In this document: piece by piece, positions 47,276 to 50,006 of the stretch | Numbering within the stretch: the stretch's first letter is position 1 | Layout: every line of letters starts with the position of its first letter | Source: Candidatus Limnocylindrus sp. | Lineage (GTDB): Bacteria > Chloroflexota > Limnocylindria > Limnocylindrales > Limnocylindraceae | Length of the DNA stretch: 50,006 bases | Assembly: GCA_040397255.1 (NCBI GenBank) | Contig: JBBAWJ010000003.1 | Coordinates: 1-50,006 of the forward strand | Direction: 5' to 3' | Translations under genes and position numbers: made by a program | The notes under the pieces: model-generated | Databases searched by the model: none | The model's input: the letters and a program-made list of their open reading frames with translations, nothing else | What the model was told of the DNA's origin: nothing

Positions 47276-48103
47276 TCAGCGTGCGTGTCGCGAGCGGACG
47301 ATCAGCCGCTGCGTCAACTTATTGCGGCGGGTACGAAGACCCATCGCAGGCTTGCCCCAAGGCGTCTTCGGAGGCATACCCGTTGGGGCCTTGCCTTCGC
47401 CACCGCCGTGAGGGTGATCGACCGGGTTCATTGCAGAGCCACGGACCTCTGGGCGCTTGCCCATGTGTCGCGCGCGCCCGGCCTTACCGATCGCCATGTT
47501 CTCGTGGTCAAGGTTCGACACCTGGCCCACGGTTGCCATGCAGAGAAGTGGGACGAGACGCATCTCGCCGGAGGGCATACGAATGGTGGCAAATGTGCCC
47601 TCTTTGGCGACGAGCTGTGCGGCGGTTCCGGCGGAGCGAACCATCTGGCCGCCCTTCCCAGGAACCAACTCGATGTTGTGGACGGTTGTACCGAGCGGCA
47701 TGCGACCGAGCGGCAGGGCGTTTCCGACCTTCGCTTCAGCGTCGGGACCCGAGACCACGTTGTCGCCAACTGAGAGGCCGTTTGGCAGGAGCATGTAGCG
47801 CTTCTCGCCATCGGCGTAGTTCAGAAGGCCGATGCGCGCCGAGCGGTTTGGATCGTACTCAACGGTCGCCACGCGAGCTGGCACGCCGAACTTGTTGCGG
47901 CGGAAGTCGATCTTGCGATAGAGGCGCTTCTGCTCGCCACCGCGGTGACGAACGGTGATCTTCCCCTGAAAGTTACGCCCTGAACCGCGCACGAGCTTCT
48001 CGGTGAGCGGCTTGTGCGGCTCATCGGTCGTGATCTCGTCGAACGTTGGCATGGTCATGCCGCGGACGCCGGCGCTGGTTGGCTTCAATCGACGAAGTGC
48101 CAT
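47276..48103 (-). CDS. rplB: 50S ribosomal protein L2
   Basis: [12 protein letters not shown] and [17 protein letters not shown]; start reassigned to ATG 48103. Confidence 0.97.
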   Translation of the reverse strand: MALRRLKPTSAGVRGMTMPTFDEITTDEPHKPLTEKLVRGSGRNFQGKITVRHRGGEQKRLYRKIDFRRNKFGVPARVATVEYDPNRSARIGLLNYADGEKRYMLLPNGLSVGDNVVSGPDAEAKVGNALPLGRMPLGTTVHNIELVPGKGGQMVRSAGTAAQLVAKEGTFATIRMPSGEMRLVPLLCMATVGQVSNLDHENMAIGKAGRARHMGKRPEVRGSAMNPVDHPHGGGEGKAPTGMPPKTPWGKPAMGLRTRRNKLTQRLIVRSRHAR

Positions 48104-48105
48104 GG

Positions 48106-48408
48106 TTAGACTCCTTCGAAGAACTGAATCTTCTCGCCAGGGGCGAGGGTGACCATGGCCTTGCGCCATGGGGTCGTCTTACCTGGGAAACGGCTGCGGG
48201 CGAGTGTGCCACGCGTCTCCTTCGCCTTGGTGGTGAGCACGTTGACCTCCTTCACCTTGACGGTGAAGAGCGAGGCGATGGCGGCGGCGATCTCAATCTT
48301 GGAGGCGTCGGCGTGCACGGCGAAGGTGTACGTGCCGGTCTGCGACTGCAGGATCGACTTCTCGGAGATCACGGGGCGAAGGATCGTCTCGTGTGGGGTG
48401 CGGTTCAT
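48106..48408 (-). CDS. rplW: 50S ribosomal protein L23
   Basis: PVISEKS, YTFAV and WRKAMVTL. Confidence 0.95.
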   Translation of the reverse strand: MNRTPHETILRPVISEKSILQSQTGTYTFAVHADASKIEIAAAIASLFTVKVKEVNVLTTKAKETRGTLARSRFPGKTTPWRKAMVTLAPGEKIQFFEGV

Positions 48409-49019
48409 CCGTACACCTCCTGGATCTCGGCAAGGGCTGCCTGCTCCACGATGATCGTGTCGGCGTTGACGAGGTCAACAACATTGAGCGAGTCGGCGCG
48501 CAGTACCGAGAGGTACGGGATGTTCGCGGCAGACTTGACCAGCGCGGTGCCGACAGTCGGCGAAACCACGAGCACATGCTTGCCAGCCTTGAGGGCGGAG
48601 CACATACCGGCGATCACCTGCGTCTTTGGCGTCTCAATGCCCAACACGTCAATGATCTTGAGCGTTTCAACCTTGGCGGCGAGTGCGCCCAAGAGGGCTG
48701 CACGGCGCATGCGCTTCGGGAATGGAATCTCGTGCGAACGGACCTGTGGCCCGAAGACAACACCGCCGCCCTTCCACTGTGGCGAACGGGTGGAACCCTG
48801 TCGTGCGCGACCGGTCCCCTTCTGCTTCCATGGCTTGCGGCCACCACCGGCAACGGCACCGCGCTTCTTCGTAGCGTGCGTACCCGTGCGTCGGCCCGCA
48901 AGCTGCGAGACAACAGCCTGGTGGATGAGCGCCTCATTCACTGGCGAAGAGAACGCGGCAGGCAACTCAACGGTTCCCACCTTGGCTCCTGCTTTCGAGA
49001 AGACGTCAACAGTAGTCAT
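48405..49019 (-). CDS. rplD: 50S ribosomal protein L4
   Basis: GGGRKPWKQKGTGRARQGS..GGGVVFGP. Confidence 0.97.
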   Translation of the reverse strand: MTTVDVFSKAGAKVGTVELPAAFSSPVNEALIHQAVVSQLAGRRTGTHATKKRGAVAGGGRKPWKQKGTGRARQGSTRSPQWKGGGVVFGPQVRSHEIPFPKRMRRAALLGALAAKVETLKIIDVLGIETPKTQVIAGMCSALKAGKHVLVVSPTVGTALVKSAANIPYLSVLRADSLNVVDLVNADTIIVEQAALAEIQEVYG

Positions 49020-49651
49020 TAGATCTGCTCCGCCTTGCTCACCATGACGAGTGCGTTCTTCGCGCCAGGAACCGAGCCCTTGAGGAGCAGCAGGTTCTGC
49101 GCGCCGTCGGAGCGAATGATGGTGACCTTCTGAATGGTGGTGCGATCCACACCCATGTGGCCAGCCATGCGGGTGCCGCGGTAGACACGACCTGGGGTCG
49201 TACCGGCACCGATCGAGCCTGGCTCGCGGTGATGGTCGGCGCCGTGGGTCTCAGGTCCGCTGGCGAAACTGTGGCGCTTGATCGTTCCGGCGAAGCCCTT
49301 CCCCTTGGAGATGCCCGTCACATCGACGAGGTCACCATCGGCGAAGAGGCTGACGTCAAGCGTCTGACCAAGGGTCATCCCCTCGGTCGACTCAACGCGG
49401 AACTCGCGGACAACGGAGCAGGCTGGCAACTCGCCCTTGAACTGGCCCTGGTCGGGCTTGTTCAGTCGGCGCTTCCCAGCCTCAATGCCGAGCTGCACAG
49501 CGGTGTAGCCATCCTGATCTGGGGTGCGGAGCTTCGTGACGGTGTTCGGCTCGATCGACACCACGGTAACGGGCACAGAGGTGCCGTCCGGGGCGAAGAT
49601 CTGAGTCATCCCGACCTTACGGCCGAGCAGTCCAATCGTCATTCCACTCAC
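49019..49651 (-). CDS. rplC: 50S ribosomal protein L3
   Basis: [27 protein letters not shown] and KGSVPG. Confidence 0.97.
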   Translation of the reverse strand: MSGMTIGLLGRKVGMTQIFAPDGTSVPVTVVSIEPNTVTKLRTPDQDGYTAVQLGIEAGKRRLNKPDQGQFKGELPACSVVREFRVESTEGMTLGQTLDVSLFADGDLVDVTGISKGKGFAGTIKRHSFASGPETHGADHHREPGSIGAGTTPGRVYRGTRMAGHMGVDRTTIQKVTIIRSDGAQNLLLLKGSVPGAKNALVMVSKAEQI

Positions 49652-49960
49652 CTACATCTTAATTTCAATGTCGACGCCAGCTGCGAGCGTGAGTCGCATC
49701 AGCGCGTCGACCGTCTTTGGGGTCGGGTCAATGATGTCTACCAGGCGCTTGTGCGTTCGAATCTCGAACTGCTCTCGGCTGTCCTTATCGATGAACGGCG
49801 AGCGCAGCACGGTGAACTTCTCAATGCGCGTTGGCAGAGGCACCGGACCGATCACATCGGCGCCAGTACGCTGAGCCGTCTCAACGATCGTCTGGGCAGA
49901 CTGATCGATGAGGCGGTGGTCATACGCCTTGAGCCGAATGCGGATCCGCTGCTTTGCCAT
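49652..49960 (-). CDS. rpsJ: 30S ribosomal protein S10
   Basis: [16 protein letters not shown] and [12 protein letters not shown]. Confidence 0.97.
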   Translation of the reverse strand: MAKQRIRIRLKAYDHRLIDQSAQTIVETAQRTGADVIGPVPLPTRIEKFTVLRSPFIDKDSREQFEIRTHKRLVDIIDPTPKTVDALMRLTLAAGVDIEIKM

Positions 49961-49963
49961 CTG

Positions 49964-50006
49964 CTACTCGGTGATCTTCGTGATCGAGCCGGCGCCAACG
50001 GTGCGG
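49964..50006 (-). CDS. tuf: Elongation factor Tu, 3' end (partial)
   Basis: Manual translation RTVGAGSITKITE*, directly upstream of rpsJ. Confidence 0.9.
   Translation of the reverse strand, partial: RTVGAGSITKITE

Noticed and set aside
1-50006. tRNA, rRNA, CRISPR arrays, IS elements, prophage
   Set aside because: Intergenic gaps are at most about 150 nt and none shows cloverleaf or repeat-spacer structure; no transposase, integrase or phage motifs were seen by eye

Overview
This is a high-GC, extremely gene-dense chromosomal core region. Gene content and order suggest a streamlined Chloroflexota, possibly Ca. Limnocylindria-like; that placement is inference and was not verified. From 19.5 kb to 50 kb there is one uninterrupted minus-strand run: 3' end of tuf, S10-spc-secY-adk-map-infA-alpha clusters, rplM-rpsI, glmM-glmS-acpS-alr, a 556-aa orphan, tsaE-tsaB-rimI-tsaD, an rsmA-ispE fusion, ridA, glmU and a CNNM/CBS protein. 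The first 19.5 kb hold nucleoside catabolism (BMP lipoprotein, adenosine deaminase, deoC, a full plus a truncated ALDH), polyamine/SAM genes (aminobutyraldehyde dehydrogenase, mtnN, agmatinase, methyltransferase), ftsB, a CapA lipoprotein, murI, a solo UvrD helicase-nuclease with an Fe-S motif, recO and a polyprenyl synthase. I found no rRNA, tRNA, CRISPR array or mobile element. The most notable observations are: (1) pervasive leaderless, often bidirectional -10 promoters; (2) a perfect 17-bp palindrome on the glmS promoter; (3) an RsmA-IspE fusion that retains an internal RBS; (4) an apparently eroded GlmL-like fusion protein beside alr; (5) a catalytically dead ALDH partner; and (6) candidate structured leaders before the agmatinase, BMP and infA genes. 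No single novel system is demonstrated; these are testable candidates.
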